From Escherichia marmotae (GTDB taxonomy: Bacteria; Pseudomonadota; Gammaproteobacteria; Enterobacterales; Enterobacteriaceae), in NCBI RefSeq assembly GCF_002900365.1, contig NZ_CP025979.1, positions 4,624,236 to 4,656,235 of the forward strand: a DNA stretch of 32,000 bases. Reading direction: 5' to 3'. Numbering within the stretch: position 1 is the stretch's first letter; every line of letters starts with the position of its first letter. The notes beneath the pieces are model-generated. The model was not told the DNA's origin and ran no database searches. It worked only from the letters and a program-made list of their open reading frames with translations. The translations under genes were made by a program, and so were the position numbers. Positions 30,236 through 32,000 of the stretch are shown piece by piece.

Positions 30236-30616
30236 ATGAACGACCAGCAAATCGAAAAAGAAATCGTTGAGAAAGGCAAAACGGCACCGCGAATCACCCC
30301 GCAGCACATCGAAGACGTGATTAAAAGCGAGCATTACTTTACTGCTTATGATGGACGAAATGGTGCCATTTCCAGCAACGAATATTGTGGCAGGGAAAAA
30401 CCAGAAGAAGGCGATCGTGATTTATCACCATTGAAGTTGCTCACTTTCTGCGTACTGGTGCTGAAGAATGGCTTCACCGTCACCGGAGAGAGTGCCTGTG
30501 CAAGCCCGGAAAACTTTGATGCAGAAATTGGTCGGAAGATTGCCCGGCAAAATGCTGTAAACAAAATCTGGATGCTCGAAGGTTACTTGCTGAAGCAGAA
30601 GCTAAGCGAACAGTAG
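30236..30616 (+). CDS. Gp49-like phage protein
   Basis: IEKEIVEKGKTAPRITPQHIEDVIKSEHYFTA...LTFCVLVLKNGFTVTGESACASPENFDAEIGRKIARQNAVNKIW. Confidence 0.78.
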   Translation: MNDQQIEKEIVEKGKTAPRITPQHIEDVIKSEHYFTAYDGRNGAISSNEYCGREKPEEGDRDLSPLKLLTFCVLVLKNGFTVTGESACASPENFDAEIGRKIARQNAVNKIWMLEGYLLKQKLSEQ

Positions 30617-30719
30617 TTATTACAAAAGCCATTCCCTACAGAGTGGCTTTGATAATGGCTTATACCCTACACGGGATAACTTAACTGATATCCCTTTTAA
30701 CGGATAAACGGAGCCAACA

Positions 30720-30962
30720 ATGGCAGAGATTATTCCCATGACTGAAGAACAGAAATTCCAGCTAGAGATTTACAAACTGGTCATGAACCAGAACGCAGCC
30801 GCAGAGGAAGCATTTCAGTTCATTGGCACTGACGAGCTGAAGCTTGAGCTATTCAAAATTCACTTCCAGTCAGGCGGTGCAAATCCAGACTTCACATCTC
30901 GCACTATCGAAGCGGTGCGTAAATCGAAGGAAGCGTTAGACCTGTTCACCACCGGAGCATGA
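30720..30962 (+). CDS. DUF2560-like phage protein
   Basis: MAEIIPMTEEQKFQLEIYKLVMNQNAAAEEAFQFIGTDELKLELFKIHFQ. Confidence 0.75.
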   Translation: MAEIIPMTEEQKFQLEIYKLVMNQNAAAEEAFQFIGTDELKLELFKIHFQSGGANPDFTSRTIEAVRKSKEALDLFTTGA

Positions 30963-30963
30963 T

Positions 30964-31143
30964 GTGAGCCGAGTAATCAATTTGGGTAAGGAGAAGAAAT
31001 TCCCAATTACTCAAGAGCTATACGAGCGGCTGGAAAGCGTCATCCATGATTACGATGGTGAAATCAGTTTATGCGAGGCGATTGGCACACTTGAATTGCT
31101 GAAGCAGTCATTGATTGAAGGCGCAAAAGAGTCCTCAGCCTGA
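30964..31143 (+). CDS. Small phage protein, 59 aa
   Basis: GTG-start ORF MSRVINLGKEKKFPITQELYERLESVIHDYDGEISLCEAIGTLELLKQSLIEGAKESSA. Confidence 0.6.
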   Translation: MSRVINLGKEKKFPITQELYERLESVIHDYDGEISLCEAIGTLELLKQSLIEGAKESSA

Positions 31144-31166
31144 AATAACAACTAAGTGAGATGAAT

Positions 31167-31589
31167 ATGGCGACTGAACCAAAAGCTGGTCGCCCCTCTG
31201 ATTATATGCCGGAGGTGGCTGACGATATCTGCTCGTTGCTTTCTTCTGGCGAAAGTTTGCTGAAAGTATGTAAGCGTCCTGGTATGCCGGATAAGTCCAC
31301 TGTTTTCCGCTGGTTGGCAAAGCATGAGGATTTTCGCGACAAGTACGCGAAGGCAACTGAGGCACGAGCTGATTCTATTTTCGAAGAGATATTCGAAATT
31401 GCTGACAATGCGATTCCAGATGCTGCTGAAGTGGCAAAGGCAAGACTTCGCGTTGATACCCGCAAATGGGCGCTGGCCCGAATGAATCCCCGTAAGTATG
31501 GCGACAAGGTAACTAACGAGCTTGTCGGTAAGGACGGCGGCGCAATCCAGATTGAAACATCACCGATGAGCTCTCTATTCGGAAAATGA
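31167..31589 (+). CDS. Terminase small subunit, Sf6 gp1-like
   Basis: [85 protein letters not shown], matching Sf6 TerS. Confidence 0.93.
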   Translation: MATEPKAGRPSDYMPEVADDICSLLSSGESLLKVCKRPGMPDKSTVFRWLAKHEDFRDKYAKATEARADSIFEEIFEIADNAIPDAAEVAKARLRVDTRKWALARMNPRKYGDKVTNELVGKDGGAIQIETSPMSSLFGK

Positions 31590-32000
31590 CCTCGATTAAT
31601 CCTATCTTTGAACCGTTCATTGAGGCGCATCGCTACAAAGTCGCCAAAGGCGGTCGAGGTAGCGGTAAATCATGGGCAATTGCGAGGCTGCTTGTTGAGG
31701 CGGCGCGTCGGCAGCCTGTGCGTATTCTCTGCGCTCGTGAACTGCAAAACAGTATCAGCGATTCGGTAATCCGGTTGCTTGAAGACACCATAGAGCGGGA
31801 AGGATATTCGGCTGAGTTTGAAATTCAGCGTTCAATGATTCGTCATCTCGGAACGAATGCTGAATTCATGTTCTACGGCATCAAAAACAACCCGACGAAG
31901 ATTAAATCGCTCGAAGGCATTGATATCTGCTGGGTGGAAGAAGCGGAAGCGGTAACGAAGGAATCATGGGATATCCTGATACCAACCATCCGCAAGCCGT
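31586..32000 (+). CDS. Terminase large subunit, Sf6 gp2-like (truncated by window edge)
   Basis: [72 protein letters not shown]...: Walker A GGRGSGKS; ATGA overlap with TerS. Not in the supplied track. Confidence 0.93.
   Translation, partial: MTSINPIFEPFIEAHRYKVAKGGRGSGKSWAIARLLVEAARRQPVRILCARELQNSISDSVIRLLEDTIEREGYSAEFEIQRSMIRHLGTNAEFMFYGIKNNPTKIKSLEGIDICWVEEAEAVTKESWDILIPTIRKP

Noticed and set aside
30087-30300. 79-aa minus ORF and a 37-aa plus ORF (MAKKILCGGGLMERHPNQ...) between rha and the Gp49-like gene.
   Set aside because: The minus ORF is antisense to late transcripts; the plus ORF overlaps the start of the better-supported Gp49-like gene and has no family support.
31202-31630. 142-aa minus-strand ORF.
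   Set aside because: Mirror frame of the Sf6-like terminase small-subunit gene.

Overview
The window joins ordinary E. coli core chromosome to a lambdoid prophage. About 1-12.26 kb matches the K-12 fryC-ypdF-ypdE-fryA-ypdC-ypdB-ypdA-alaC-ypdK-lpxP-yfdY block. From about 12.28 kb to the right edge is the early, lysis and terminase half of a prophage at a site whose core matches the 3' end of argW. The torI (KplE1-type) excisionase lies next to that site. The prophage is mosaic. It has lambda-type N, nutL/nutR, cII, nin region and Q. Its immunity (cI, cro, operators) is phage 434 type. Other modules are a P22-like cIII, P22-like replication genes 18/12, RecT plus Gp157, phage-21-like pinholin and SAR endolysin with Rz/Rz1, and an Sf6-like terminase. 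Integrase, structural genes and the other att site should lie beyond 32000. I see no obvious novel defence island. The best leads are: an exported protein gene overlapping the 434-type cI by ATGA, in the rex position; a membrane-protein gene directly downstream of N; an origin-like cluster of 11-mer repeats, an AT tract and a perfect 10-bp inverted repeat in gene 18; a probable one-base frameshift in an ASCH-like gene; yfdY apparently frameshifted through the attachment site; and a host segment missing at the junction. Family calls rest on recalled protein sequences, and no database search was run.
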